Assembly (NCBI GenBank): GCA_036172245.1
Contig: JAYWIR010000036.1
Coordinates: 1,240,001-1,304,000 of the forward strand
DNA length: 64,000 nt
Direction: 5' to 3'
Source of the DNA: Raillietiella orientalis
Taxonomy: Eukaryota
Shown: positions 25,480 through 39,299 of the stretch, piece by piece
Numbering within the stretch: position 1 is the first letter of the stretch
Layout: each line of letters opens with the position of its first letter
Program-made: the position numbers and the translations under genes
Notes under the pieces: model-generated
Databases searched by the model: none
Told to the model about the DNA's origin: nothing
Seen by the model: the letters and a program-made list of their open reading frames with translations, nothing else

Positions 25480-26750
25480 TCAATTAAGGGCCGATCCTTC
25501 TAGACTCGACGGGATGACTGGGCTCTCCGTGAGCGATCTGCAACCCGCTTCCACATGGCATCATAAACGAGAAGTTTGGTCTGAGGCAACAGCACTCTTG
25601 GTTAGCACAGCCGGAGTCGTAGCATGGAGCCCTCAAACGACTGTTTCTGCGCAGGCTAATGGGTTGTTGGATCTGGGTCGCGGTGCAGGAAGACACAGAA
25701 ATGGTACCTCCGTCGCCGTGGAGATTCTCAGCAAGACCAAAAGAGCAGCCGAGAGTCCCTTGTGAGTGATCTTCCGCAGCTGCGAGGAGGATTCTCTGTG
25801 TCTTCCCATGTGCGTGGGAAAAGAAGGTGGAACCGGAACATCCCGGCGCGCCCACGCATCTGTTTGCTCACGTGAGATTGGACATTCAGCAGCCCTCCGT
25901 AAAGAAAGAATGCCTTGATGACGTCACCGAAAGGAATCTTTTCGTTTGAACACGTGCGATCCCGAGAACCTCGTTCCTGGAAGGAGGGCGAGTTTCCGGA
26001 GTCCAGCCTTCACCGTACTCCGGCTCGGAACGCTGCGGATGACGAAACGCAGGAAACATCTCGACAACAGACGAAAGACAACGACGCTGATGGTCATGGG
26101 AACAAGTGCATAAGTAAAACTGCATCTGAAACTCGAAATCTGGGGCAAAACGGATGTTCACCTGATTCTGTCACTAGTTCTGGAGGGTTCTTCTTCTTTC
26201 CCTTTTTTTTCGTATTCATTCAGCGAGTGCCACGACTGTTCTCTGCCCCTCTACTGTCGTCACATGCATTCTCTTGGTTTTCCCCGCATTGTCTGTGGAA
26301 CCGTGAAGCGAAACAGTGCCACCAGCCCGAACACGCGGCGAGGCGCGCCTTCCTCTTGCAGGTGGAAGTCATGAGCGCTGGCGCCTCACCCGAGAGTGAT
26401 CAACACTGTCTTCTCAAGGTCGAGATAGACTCCTGGCACTTCCCTCGATGGCACACTCATCTTGCCGGAGCACACCGCCATTTGGAACACCTTCGTTGCC
26501 TCCATCCTCCGCCCCTTATTATTTGATTACCTGGCCCTACTCGCACAAGATCCGGACTCGACGCCTGTTGAGGATCGCTTTGTGGAGACCTGCGAGGTCC
26601 AGAATCGGGCTCCAAGACTTGGCGGAGCCACCTCGGCATGCTCACAAGCTGGAGAAAATCGGGATGCAGGTGCAGTTCCACATGTTGGCACTGTGTGCCA
26701 GATTACGGACTTCCCTATGGAGTGAGCCCGCACGCCTCATCCTTGGGCGA
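25480..26750 (-). mobile_element. SWIM/YqaJ ORF remnant (ISL2EU-like)
   Basis: WNCTCIP (SWIM-like), KRFLSVTSS, HAHGK, TLGCSFGL (cf. LGASPDG) and TQIQQ (cf. YQVQGQ). Confidence 0.45.
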
Positions 26751-27099
26751 TGCGCCGGCAGCGAAGGACTTGAATCGCTGCTCCGCGCTTCCGACGCGGG
26801 GAGATTTGGCTTCCCGCGGAGAGAACTCGCCTCGCCTCTAAAAGCCCCACCATCGATCTCCTGGCACCCAATGAACTTCGATGCCTGGAGGCAGGAGTTG
26901 GTTGCGTACTGGACTGCGAACTGTAAATGCGCCCAGTGAAACTTCGTTTCCTGCGATGTCTCCTGAGCCATCCACCGGAAGAAGTGCTGCGGGACTGGGC
27001 GAAGTGGTCACATCCCTTGCTGCTGCGCTGTCTGCCCTGCGGGCAAGAAACGACAGTCGCCCACCTTCGGGATGGGGGCTCTGCTGCACCGTTGCAGGA

Positions 27100-27400
27100 G
27101 CAGCCGAACTGCTGGGCGGCTGAACGGCGAGCAAGCTGGCGAACGCCGCCACTCCTCCTCGTTCCCAAGTGAAAGGACTACGTCGGCGGTACGAACGCCT
27201 CCTCCTCGGTGGCCACCGAAGAACTTCGGCTCCCTCCTCCCTCATTTCGGTGTTTCCGTCGTGGTGGAAACAGGCCGTGCTGCTGTTCCTGCTTCGTGGA
27301 TTCCGATGCAACCAGAGTGCGCACTTCGTTTCCGGGGAAGAGGCGTTCCACGAACTGCTCGATTGAAGCACCTCTTGACGGACTTGACGCCCTCCATGAA
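27100..27400 (+). mobile_element. THAP-domain remnant
   Basis: SAHFVSGEE at 27316-27342, followed by DLTPSM (cf. CSAHFVSG...DYVPSI). Confidence 0.55.
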
Positions 27401-28269
27401 CTGCGGTAAAGGCCACCTGCGGCGTCCCTGCTCCCGGAGGACACTGAGAAGGCGATTCCTTAGGCATGGCAGATCCCAGACAGGCTCCGCGATGGCAACG
27501 AGATGCTGCATCCGCGCCATCGTCACAGCTCGTCATGTCTTGCAGACGCAGGAGCAGAGAAGGGACTGGCAACTGCCTACATGGGGGCGGCTGTTAGGAG
27601 ACCTCACCTGCAAAAAGAAGTTGGAGATCACCGGCATTTAGCGCCGGTTCTAGGAAAAAGGAACGCCCGACGCCGAAGATCTCTGTCACAAGTCTTTATT
27701 TATTTATTGTCTCCTCCCCTCCCGTTCTAGAATTTTCCTGTTTTTCCTAAGGAACGACTGAAGCCAAAGACTCTTGCCCCTTCCCTCCTGTCTTTTGTTA
27801 TGTATTCATCATCTCCTTCCTTCCTCCCCTCCTCCCTTCCTGTTCCGGACTTCTGGAGTGATCAGCCTGCGTACCGGCGGCGGACTCTCTGAACTTCTGT
27901 TTGTTTTCCGTCAGTTGCTGCACTCCCAACTTCGCTTGTTCCTCCATGAAGGAACCACCCGGGTTGACCGGGTGGTAAATCCCTAGAACCCTTTCTCTCA
28001 TCGCGCAATCATCCAGTTCGGCAGTGAGTGGGCTGAACCGGCCGAGACAGGCGCGCGCTCTCAGAGCCACATCCTCCTCCTGTCGACGCCAAGGCGCGGA
28101 GGTCAGAAAAAGGTGACGACGTCCCTTGATGCCCGGAATCTTCATCCCCAAATAGAAAAGCGAGCCACCCGGCCGAGAACGTGCCCTCGACTCCTTGTGA
28201 TCGGGAAATGGAGCAGACCCCACTGCTCCTAGAGAGGAAAGTCTGTTCAGGAGCCCTTCTCGGAACCAG

Positions 28270-28960
28270 CCGTTGGATGACACGGGTTCAGCCGCCAGCG
28301 ATGTGAGCTGCTGCTCACCCAACAGCCGACACTGCTCCAAAAGAGCCTGCGCTCCCTCAGGTACAAAAGCAGGGCGCAGAGAGCTGCAGCGAAAAGTCGC
28401 AGGAGTTAACCAGGAAGCTGCCTCGAAGTGGACCCACACGATAACGGATGCCACTGAGAGGACCGGTTGAAAGGAAGCACGGAATCCCTGAATCCTGTCA
28501 AAGAGAAGACCACGTGCGCCAGTCCTGGAGTCTCAAACTTGAAGGCAGAAAAAGTCGAAGGAAGAGCTCGATCACGAGGTTTCCTGCGATGCACTCCCAA
28601 GCACTTCCCATGCACTCACTTCGGCCTGGTCAACACCAGGCCGAAGTCGACCGCTTCAAAAGGAAATGGGTAGCCCAGGAGTGCTGCCTCAGCCCGTCGG
28701 AAAGGCTGATGATGAGAGGGCCTCGCCATTTGTCACCTGCATTCACAACATTTGTCAGAACGGCAGATCGCTTCTTTTGGCTAAGATCAAAGTGTTGTCA
28801 GAACGGCGGATTAGGGCGGAAACAACAGCCCGTATTTCTATTGGAAACGGATTTAAAGTGGCAGCGAGACGCCGAGCTCATCTGGGTGAGAAACGAAGGC
28901 CAAAAGTGGCAGCGAAGTGAAGTGACGAAGCTGCCGGTCGGAAGTGGTTGCGCGAACCCA
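28270..28960 (+). mobile_element. THAP plus HTH_Tnp_4 remnant (ISL2EU/Harbinger transposase 5' part)
   Basis: CCSPN.., SITRFP (cf. FYTGLP), LSPSERLMM...ADRF and ELIWV. Confidence 0.5.
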
Positions 28961-29079
28961 AGCTAACCGTTTCCTGCAGGCCGATACCTCTCTCCCTCTA
29001 GGAGTGGTGGTCCCTCTAACTTTCTGCTGCCTTGCCGAAGGAAGGAGGGAAGTCAATGAGCTCATAGGCCTCCGAGAAC

Positions 29080-29700
29080 ACCTAAGGTGACGACGGTTCT
29101 TGAATGCTTAGCAGACTGTCTTTCCTCAGGTTCTCCTTTCGTTTAGCTTGGACCAGTTCGAGATGGAGCGACTTTGCTTTGCCGATATGATGTCGCGTTT
29201 CGATTTCCGGTTTCGAATTTTCAAGAGTACCAATTTCTCCTTCCCTTGAAAGTGAGTTGCTGCACGGATCTTCTCGAGGCATTCCTTGGTCATCTGAAAT
29301 AAAAATTTCCCTCGGGGAAAAACGTATGAATTCTTGAAGGGATGAATTTTTCCACAAAAGCACATAGATGGGATGCGTCCTGTTTGAAACCATGGTTACG
29401 GTTGAATCGACGCTGTCTTTCGCTCTGGAGAAGAAAGCGTTCGGGGTCTCTGATCAGGAGTGGCCTTTTGACGACGCTGGAATCCGGCCCCGAAGCTCAT
29501 GGATTTTTCTGAGGAAGGGGAAGGGGGGGAGTGTTCGCTGCAGCTTCAGCCTGGAACTCTGCAGTCTCAATTCCTCGCAGTGGAGCTGCAACCAGGTCTC
29601 GGGAATTCTTCCAGATCGTTCCTAGATGGCGAAGTCTAACAAAGGTTCCTACCGTTGCTCGAAGACCAGCACCTCGCGCTCATTTTAAAGTCCCAAGTTG
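29080..29700 (-). mobile_element. SWIM/YqaJ N-terminal remnant
   Basis: LEKIRAATHFQGKEKL..KIRNRK (cf. IE..TR.Q..S.LW...R..RITAS). Confidence 0.4.
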
Positions 29701-31319
29701 AAGGCAACCGTGGGCTGTGGTCAAACTTGGCTCTCCCCGAAAGTTGCACTTAGCTCTCAGCTGATTCACCGTTCGCGTTCAGCGCCATAGCGGCGACTGC
29801 GAAAGAGTTTGAGCATCGCTTGGGACTCCTTCGAACTGAATTCTCTCCCTCCTCCCTCCTATGGGGGGCAATCCGTGGACTACCGACCTACTGATGGGCA
29901 TTTTTTGAAACCTACTAACAACGGGAGCATGCCCATGCCTCTTTATGAGCGCGATCCCTGGAAACGAAGCATCTCATCAGCGGCGCGACCCGCGTGGTAC
30001 CATGGATTTTCTGAGTCAGATCTTCAAAGAGGAACACATTGAAGGGGGGGAAACACGATATTGAGATCCCTGTCGACTCGCTCGCGTTTTCCACTGGCGA
30101 TACGCAGCCAGGACTCCGGGGAACTCAGGATCGACTGAACCACGTCTGAAGGCCGTTCAAATAGAGCCCCCTCCCCATCATACCTCCAGGATCCCACAGC
30201 AGCATTCGCTAGCACCATCAAGCTGTGCACCGGCAGCGTCCCCAGACGAGAACTCGAGGCCAAACCCTTTTGAATGTGTTGTCGCGACCCTCCTCTTCGT
30301 CTCAACCCGCCATCCTCCGGCCACAATGTGCCGGAACTTCCCGGCCACCTCATGAAGGAGGAAGCAAAGCGTACGCTTGCGTAGGAAGGCGAGCGAGGAG
30401 GGAAACCGACGCATCCGACCGCAGTGGGAAGGGAACGAACGGGACGAGCGGGGCAGTTGTCGACGCCGTCCACTTTCGTTGCGCCATCGGGTTGCCCCAA
30501 CTTCCCTAAACGGCTCACGCGGGCGCATGCTGGACTCCTTGGTCCGTGGTCCCCACATTTTCCTCCAGGCGACTCTTTGAACCTAGATGTCTCTCGGAGT
30601 GCACTTCCTTGCTTGAAGCTGCTGGATGAGCCTGTCACACCGGGACCTTCTCTGGTCAAAAATGACAAATATTCGCTGAGCAAAAACGAGGTCACATTTC
30701 GACTCTACTTCGCAAGTCACCTTCTTGCCACGGTGACCTTTCAAGAGCTCACGGAGCTCATAAGATCAGCTGCGAGGAAGAAAATGGTACTCTGATCGTC
30801 CTCGAGATGGAAAAGGGTGAGGTTTTGAGGGGCCGACACGAACCTTTCTCATTCAGAAACTCCTACAAGAAGGCGCTCGGTGACTCCAGGTCTTCCGCTA
30901 AAGGCCGTCCTGTTGCTGCTAAAGGGTACAAAGGATGAGGCGACCAGCAGACACTTCCCCCATTCGCCTCCAAACTCCATGCTTGTTGCTTTCCCTTTTG
31001 ATGTGAGAAGAGAATGAAGCGCTCATACAGAGAACAAAAGTCTCTTAGGACGTCCAAGATTTCACGTTCATGGAGGTGACACTATAGCATTTCAGCAGCT
31101 GCTTCCAAGAGCTTCCATAAGAGGAGTAAGGACCGTTTCGGACCTCCATCCGGGGATGAATTTTAAAGATGGAGACCCCTGGTGATACTTGAGGAACACT
31201 GATCTCAAATGCCTAACGATGAAAGATCACGAACAAGAGAAATCATTTGCATCAGGTTACTAAGCTCAACTGAATCTCTGCTTCTTGTGCTTCCCTCTAG
31301 GTGAAAGGACCTCTAGGTG

Positions 31320-32560
31320 AATAGACCGTCAGAAAATCCTGTGTGCATCTTCAAGTTGCCCAAGACGCTGTGCTCCCGGATGTCGAGCAGGCAGCGAGCA
31401 GGCAGTAAATCTCTGGAGACACTCCCAAAGGCGCTTCTTCTTAGGCTGCCGTCGGTGCACCTTCACCTGCAGATGGTCTCTGCTTCTTGGCCTTTTCGCT
31501 AACATCAGAGCGTAGCGTCTTGAGCCTTCAGCAGCTATCACACACGCTCTCCCGACTGCAACGGCTACGGCGGGGTAGCGCTGGCCCTCGCAACTTTTGC
31601 AAGAGAGGTCGCCATCGCCACTGCTCGTACTGACCTCGAGAAAGCGCGCTCCAGACGCGGCCAATCGGCGAAAGACTTGCATCTGGGAGGGCACATGCGG
31701 AAGGATTGGCGCGGCAAAGGTACAAAGAGAGGAACCAAACGGTTGCTCCTTTTTGAGTCCCGTTGCCGGCTTAGGCTATGCAGCTTCGTGAGGGTCTCAA
31801 GGGGTTACGCTCACATCCTTCCTCCCTCTTGACTGCTTCTGCTGCTGCTACACAGGGTCAGAGAGAAGAGAGCTGGTGGACCCGAAGGCGTGGACGAAGT
31901 CTCTTCCTAGGAGACCCCAAAAGACATGGTCACTAAGTAGAAGGGTCTTCCCAGTCCTTCCGCATTCCATTTTTTTTGACGACGTCTTGGTGGCGTTCTA
32001 CAGCCCCTGTCTGTGCAGACTGCTGTGTTGCCAGCTGCCTCTGCTGCCCACGGAGTGTCGTCTCTGCAAGGTAGGGGAGTCCGAAGAAGGTCACAACTAC
32101 AGGGAAGCCATCCTCTTCGCAGCCCTGTTCTAGAAGATCGCTTTGGAATGAACCCAGCTGAAACGCCGTCAGGAGGAGCTCGCTGACATCCTGCATGGGA
32201 TGCAGAGGACCCGACGAAACGAATCGCGTTCCCTTTTCTCCCCTCCCTATCATGGACCACGTCAGCAGCCTCTTCCTCCCTCTCCCTTCCCCTGCAGAAA
32301 GTGCTGCTGAACTCGGTGGAACATCACGTCCCACCTGTAGACTTCTGCGGGTTCGCTTTGGACAAACAAACGCCTCCGTCGTGACCCAGTGGAGGAAACC
32401 TGATACGCCGTTTCTTCTTTTCCCGCCCACCCGCTTCCCTGGTCCCGGAGCCGAGGAGCGACGGACCGAAGTCTTCCACGCCGCTTCCAGAGGGAGCGTC
32501 GACCGAACGGTTCCCGTGCAAAACCCTCAGAGAAAGACGGCGGCGAGGAAGCGTCGCGCC
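31320..32560. mobile_element. Cluster of about four THAP-domain remnants in both orientations
   Basis: IFKLPK..RLPSVHL (+), VWSALSRG..WRP (-), AWTKSLPRR..W (+) and VRFGQTN..QWRKPDTPFLLFPPT..EERR (+). Confidence 0.45.
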
Positions 32561-33429
32561 AGCGCTCGCACGTGGACCAAACACACACGAGCAGGAGGAC
32601 CTCAAGCACTCGTTCGCACGCGCCCGGATGCGGAAAAGAGTCTGGGGTGGGCATCGCAAAGTGGCTGCGAGCTCCCTGCAAGTGCCTCAAACTCGTCCAC
32701 GGTTCCCGGGAATCCCTCGATCTTCGTGCGCCGTTCTCCGAGCCAGAACGCAGACGAGCTGGATGGGACTCTTCGGGCTGAAATTTATTCCCTGCTATTG
32801 CGAGCGCGGAGCGAATTTTATCTTTATTCAAACAAGGGATGAGATATCGATCGGCTTCAGGAAGAGGAAAAGCTGCACGCGATTTCAATGAGAGAGGAAT
32901 CCGGCCCGATCCCCCTTTCTTCCTGCCTTCTCTCCGGACCCTAGAACGGGCGCATGGACGCCGATGCTGCGGAGGAGCCGCCTGTTGATCGGGGACGCGC
33001 GCGCACAGGCGCAGTGCCGTCGCCCGCGAGCGGCGAGGCAGGGAGGAGAGGGAGGAAGGGCGCTCGGAGGGGGCAGGGAGCCTCCAGGGCTCGCTCGCCA
33101 CCCCACGGGAGGATCCTTCCGCCCTGCCAGTCGTCGCGACCACGGCGCCACGGAGAACCTCCCCATCGCTAAGATCAGCGCCCTCTGAAGAGAAGAAAAC
33201 TTGCCACCGGGCGAGCCCTGCCGTCCAGAAGGGGGAGAGGGGTCATCGGCTAGGAGAAGGCGGTTTCGCCCGACCTCTTCTCCCATGCCTCTCGGTCGCG
33301 GTCTCCCTCCGCAACTTTCTCCTCCTCCGGTCTGACTCATCTCTCCAGCAGGGAGGAGATGCCGCGCCAGCTGCGCTGGTTCGCCCGCCGCTGCCGTCTC
33401 CCGCTCTACTGGCGGGCGAGTTCCGAGGA

Positions 33430-33790
33430 GGCCGCGCCCGCGATGGCGCCCAGACAGCTGCGGCCTCCGCGCGCGGCTTCGCGGGTTGGATCCCCTCCCC
33501 AGTGAGGATGGACGCCGTGGGATGGAGAATGCGTACTGGGTTTCGAGTCTCCCCCGCAGGTTGGCCCTCGCTGGCCTATCCGGGTGCGGCGCCGGTGGAA
33601 GCCAAAAACCAGATGCTCCGTTGACGAGCCGGGATTGGAAGTTGACTCTCCGGGATCCTTCCAGTACATCGAGGAACTCTTTTGGGGCTTCCCTCCAGTT
33701 GTGAGAATGAAGCCGTACCATGGAGCTGGCTGAGGATCCCTCCAGACAGAACTAGGAAGAGTTCCTCTTTCCTTCCTCCGGAGCCTTCCT
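33430..33790 (+). mobile_element. tRNA-derived SINE-like repeat, copy 3 (partial)
   Basis: Degenerate B-box GCGGGTTGGATCC and the shared body GGGTTTCGAGTCTCCCC..CCGTTGACGAGCCGGGATTGG..CCATGGAGCTG. Confidence 0.6.
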
Positions 33791-34399
33791 GGATTCCTGG
33801 GGTGGTCCCTACGGGGTTGCCCCCTGACTCGAAGAGGCAAGTAGAGGAGAGAGCGCCAGAGGGGTGTGGCCTTTTGCTTGAAGCTGCTGTTGCGGCAGAA
33901 GGACTGCGGATCTGGCTGGACGCTTCCGCCTCAGGATAGCGGAGGCCGCGGTTCGGGCAACCTCTACTCGATCTCCTCCAGAGGACTTAGAGAAAGTGAA
34001 GTGGGATAGGGGGCGGGGAGGATTTCGATCTTCTCCGTCAACCTCTCGCTTCCCGGAGGCGGGTTGCCAAGTCCTTGTGCTTGGTCCTCCGGAAGGACTG
34101 GGTCCTCTCCTTGTCGCAGATGAATTCTTTGGTCCCCTCTAAGGCGCGCAGGGAGCGCCCCGCGGGCAGCAATTCGCGGTGAAAACAATAAATTGGTACA
34201 GCTCCCCTTATCGCGGTAATAAGACGCGCTCAGCCAGCAAGGCTGGCTGAGATGCCGATGACGTATGAAATCGATGGGCGTGAAGCCGTCGAGTGCAACG
34301 GCTACAGAGGAGGGGAGCGGCCGCTTCTTCCCAGTCCCTTTGACAGCCTGGGCCATCCAGCTTCTGGAGGACCGCAAGAGGTGGTGGTATACTCCCTTC

Positions 34400-36720
34400 C
34401 TCCCTCTCATCCACTCCTACTGATTCTCCCACCAGTCGCTGATAAAGGAGTGACTGGCGGACCCGAAGGCGTGGAAGAGGTCCCTTCCGAGCGCGTCCTG
34501 GGAGGCATTGTTGCCTGGTAGGGCGCACGTCCCCGCCTCCCTCTGTAGCTCCCGGAGCTTCCGCGTAAGGGAGGGAAGCGTACAAGCTCCTCCAGGAAGG
34601 CCGCAGCGCACTGGCAGGATGACGACGGACTGGTGGTGCGGTGGGAATGATGGGATGATGGAGGTAAGACCTCCCACCTTTGCGGGCGCCGGGCGACGTC
34701 TTTGGAAGCGCCTTCGTGCGTTCTGCGTGGTGCAGCGGCGTTCTGGCTGGTGGTCTCCACGGCGCAGGCGGATCACGCCGTTTCCTCTTCTATCAGATGC
34801 CAGGGGACTTCGCAAGGCCTCACGGGTTTACCCGGCGGGAAGACCTGGGATGCCGATGCGATCTCGCTCAGGGAAAGGAGTTGCCTCCTCTGCAGCGAAA
34901 GAACACAAGATATGCGCGGCTGTTTCAAAGGAGACTCTGGAGCCTTGGGGGAGCTGAGTGCAGATCTGGGTGGGTCCGTAATCGAGGCCTTTCTCTTCCA
35001 GGGCCACGCCTACCAGAAGCAGACCCAAGGAGGATTGTTCCGACTTTCGCACTAAGGTGCCCTTAGGGGCAGAGCCTGATGGAGACCCAGCGGTTCCCCG
35101 AAGACTCCCTCCGGGCATTTCTGATGCCACTCTTTCGCGCGAAGAGGATCCCCCGGCGGACGCAGTGCCACCCCAGGTCCGCGGCGGAAGCTTTTGAGGC
35201 TCCTGCGCATTCGGTCACGCGATGGGGAGGAAACGCTGTGGCGGGAGGGCACCTCTAGCGAGCCCATCTGGGGCGATGGGACCCCTGCCAGCGCCGCAAG
35301 TCCTCCGCAGAAGAGGCGGAGCCTTCCCTTGTACCTCATACCCTATTTATTTATTTCTTTATTACTCTCTCCCCCTCTCCCTTCCTCTTGCACCGTTCCG
35401 ATCTTTGTCACAGCAGATCTGCGAGCCGCCGGCTCCTTCTCCCTGGAGTACCAGACTTCGGAGAAATCCAGGCTTCCTGGAGATACAGCTTTATTGCTAT
35501 CAATAAACGTCCTGGCGTGGCTTCCCATCCCGGATTTCTGGGCCATTCATTTAAAATAAATGAATGAAATTTTACAATAAGCGAGGGGCCAGCATGATCC
35601 AGCTCGAAGAGAAAGGGATTGCCCTCGCTGCGCAGGCACGGCACTAGGGAGGCAGTGGGGAGGAAGGGTCAGTAGACAAATGGGCAAGTAGGGGTTGGCT
35701 ACCCCTCATGGCGGCTGGAGCAGCTCCCGAGGGCAGGCGAGTAAGGAGATGGGGCGCGCTGGTGCTGGTTCCCGTCGCCCCGAGGGCGTTCCCCGTTTGC
35801 GACCGGCGTGGGGCGGCGACGGCTTCACCCCTCCTCTTCCGTTGCGGCGACCACCGCCACTCGCACGGGGAGGGTTCCATGGGGGGGAAGGAGTTGAAGG
35901 TTCCATCTGCGATGAGCTTCTGGCCATGCGGCAGCCGCTGGAGTGTCCCGATGGTTCGCGCGTGGTTTCCAGGATTCCTAGCGTCCCTTGGGTCCGGTCT
36001 CCGGTAAAATGCGGTCACACCCTTTCCGGGAAGCACCCATTTCCGGCCGACAAGATGGCGGCGTGCAGGCGACGTAGGGGGAGACGTAGGAGGGTCTTCC
36101 AGGAATCTGGAGGACTCCAAGGAGCATGCCGACTCTTTGAGGGCCCGGAGCGAGGGACTATTCCATTTTCCCATGGACAATGGGCTTGGTGACATCCAAA
36201 AGCAAGCAGCTTCCCATGCCGCAGGAGGATCTCCTTCTCCTTCACCAGACCATTCTGGGATGGGTCCAGGAGTGGCTTGGTGAAATCCTTCGCCGGAGAG
36301 GCGACGGCTGGTTCCTCCCAGACGCGCCGCTCTCCGGGACTCTCCGAAGGAGGCGCGGCGAGCGGCGGGAGCGTTCCGCGGGGACTCTGCAGGGCTGCAG
36401 CGCTTCGCCTTGGCAACAGACCCGTGCCAAGGAAGCTGCGCGAGGGAAGGAAACGGCGGGAAGCGGCCTCTTTCTCGGGAGAACAGCCTCCACCCAGCGA
36501 GCGCTGTTCTTTTATCCCGAGAACGAGACGAGGGAGGAATGGGGAGGGGTGGAGGAGCGGACGGACGGAGTTCCCATCTTTATGGAGAACTCCGCTCCGT
36601 CCCAAAGTCCCAGCGGCGAGTCCCATACTTCTTCATTGGTGCCTTGGCAGGAAGTGGCGTCCCGCAAAAACCTAGAGGACGACGTCCGGGAGGAACTTCC
36701 CGGATTCGATTAACGGTAAA
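34400..36720 (+). mobile_element. Tx1/L1-like LINE fragments (a 3' zinc-finger/tail piece, then an RT piece)
   Basis: SCLLCSE zinc-finger-like segment with a TTTATT tail at ~35345; KSKQ..DLLLLHQTILGWVQEW (cf. DQEKAFD..L...GF...W). Confidence 0.4.
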
Positions 36721-37699
36721 AATCGACGATGGAAGAATCGCTTGCCAGGGCAGACACCTTCGTCTTTCTGGGCAGTTTCTGCTTCCTCTTGCTTACTCTC
36801 CCGATCCTTGAGCCAGTCCAGACCTGGAGAGCATCCTGGTTTTCAGATGGACCAAGCGACGACGCACACGCGCGTGCCGCCGGGGAACCAAGGAACGTCC
36901 AGGAATGCGAAGCGGTTGCCTTAGGGAAAGTAGAGGGCAGTCAGAGGCACCCGGTGAATTAGAACTCATCCTGAGGGCAAGAGCGAAGGGGTGCATCTAA
37001 CGAGCACCTCGGACGTCGGGAAAGAATTCCGGGGTTGGCCTTTCGAAGCGGCTGATACCCGATCTGGCACCTGGACCCCCGCCCGTAGCCGATGTCGCGA
37101 AGGTGTTCCCCCCGGCAACCCGACCAGACGACGCATCCGCGACTGCAGCTTCCTCCTCTCCATGGACGCTGCCTGCCAGACGGCGACGCTTTCTCGGCTC
37201 CTGCATCTGGAGCTCTCCCTTCGAAACGGAGGGATGCGTCGGTGGGTTTCCTTCCGGAGACACCCCGCTGACTCTCTACCCCCCCTTCTGTTTCCTGAGG
37301 TTCTTCCAGCTTCCCCGAGGCACCTTCCTGGGAAGAACCGGGCTCGTTCTTCCCGGAGGTAGAGGAGCGCAGGCAGCCAGTCACTCGGCTCTCGACGAGG
37401 CGATCAGCAGAAAATGTGCCCGCTGGCGCCACGGCCCAACCCCCTGACCGGATTTCCCTCTCCACTCGACCGGGAGGAGACGGCGGCGAATGAAGCGCTC
37501 GCCGAGGAGGGGGATAGCTTGATCACGTGAGGGATACATCAAGCAGCGGAGACCAGGAGCAGCCATTCCCGTCCGCCTACGAGGAGGAAGAATTGGCAAC
37601 CCTTTGTGGGTTCGAGAGACGAGAAGATGCCCATCGGTCCAGCAACCTCCGCCGGAAGGCCATCAGCCCCGGACTCCGAGGGCACGCACTTCCCGACGG

Positions 37700-38370
37700 G
37701 TCAGCTGCTCATGCGGCCGCCAAGAGTTACGCCTAGCCGCCCACTCTTCCCCTTCTGAACGCATTTCCTTGTAGTGGGATACGCATTTTTCTTAGAGGAA
37801 GAGGTTTTGGGATGCAACGCTGCTGGGAATGGGGGGGGGGGGAGGAAGGCGAACGAGGAACGGTCGGAAAGGAGGAGCGCACGACCTTCCTCCCTCTTCG
37901 ACTGCGGTTACCTCTGCCGCCGCCGCTGACGCCGAGGACGCCGGAGCGTTCCCGGAAGAACGTGAGGTCAGGTTGCGGCAAAACCCACCGCGGACCCGGG
38001 GAGCCACAGCGATCTGCGACAGCCTCCAGTCCGATCCCTTTCTACCTGCAGAGGTCACACGCCGGGGGAGGGACACGAAGAGTACCGCCCCCCATGTCTG
38101 TTCCTCGCGCCCGCTCTAGGACATGTGGTCCGACTTGCCCCCTCTTCCGTGCCTCCCTAGGGAGCAGACCCCGGCGAAATGGTCCTTCAGGACTCCCTCC
38201 CGACGTCTGGATTCACCTGCTCGTTACCAAGCTGCATGTCTCCATCCGTACCTCCTCGTTCGCTTCCGGGGTAGCTGCCAGGGACTCTCACAGATGCGGA
38301 GGGCTCCATACGGAGACCATGTGCAAGTGGATACGGAGTGAGTGTGGACGGGAACCCAATGCCTTTTAGT
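37700..38370 (+). mobile_element. THAP plus HTH_Tnp_4 remnant
   Basis: LPPDVWIHLLVTKLHVS..FASGVA (cf. L....LL.L.KLR....LA.RFGVS). Confidence 0.4.
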
Positions 38371-39299
38371 GAGAATCTCCAGCTTCACGTTTCTCCCTCT
38401 TCCTCCTCCTCCTTCTGCATCCTCCCTTCCCTTCCTCCTCTTACTTCCTCCTTCTCGCTCTCCTTCTTCCTCCTCCAAGCAGCCTGCCTGGTGCCCACTT
38501 GTGGTGCCAATAAGAGGAACTGGCTCTCGGACCTCAGACAGCGTGGCTCAAAAAGTAGAAGTCTGCCGTCGCTCGTTGGCGCCGGGACTCTCAAATGCCA
38601 CATAGAAGATCCCAGGTCAGGGCAAGTGGCTCCTTCGACCACCCCTCGGGCGCAAGGCTCCGCCCAGTCAGTCGTTCCTTTCCGACTGGCTGGATGCGCT
38701 TCAGAGTCCCTGAGAGCATGTAAGAGTTCCCTGCGAGGGAGGGAGAGAAACGAGCGTGGCATTCCCGTCCTCTCCTCTCTTCGCGAAAGGCTCCCGGTCG
38801 TGACGACAGGAAGGTTCCGTGTCAGACAGGCGGCCTCTGAGGGAGCGAAGGGAGCTGCGGTGGGAGGGTTTCGGAAACCTGACGTCAAGTGAGGTCATAA
38901 GGAGGTCGAGAAGGAGACCCGAGTCCGGGAGTCGCTGTGTTGGGGCACGTTGCCACCGCCTCCGGCTGGAAAGACCATCGTCCGCTCACGCTCGTCGAAT
39001 CCTTGCTGCGAGAACCAGGGAGACAGAAGGACCTTGGGGTCGGACCTTGAAGCTTCTCGAGAGACCTTCCGAGGGTCTTATGGAAGAGATCTTTCTTGCC
39101 CTACTTCTTCCGAGGGGTCCACGGAATCGAGGGCACGGCCGTCCACAAGGAATTGCTTTCCGAGGAGGAGGGACGCGGAGAGGAGACTCTGGGACAGGAA
39201 GGGAGAGGAGCTTCGGCTATCCTTGACTCGCTGCTGGCGTCCCACTTGCAAGCGGCCCCATGCCTCGAGAACTCTCCCCAATCGGTCCGAGACCTTCAC

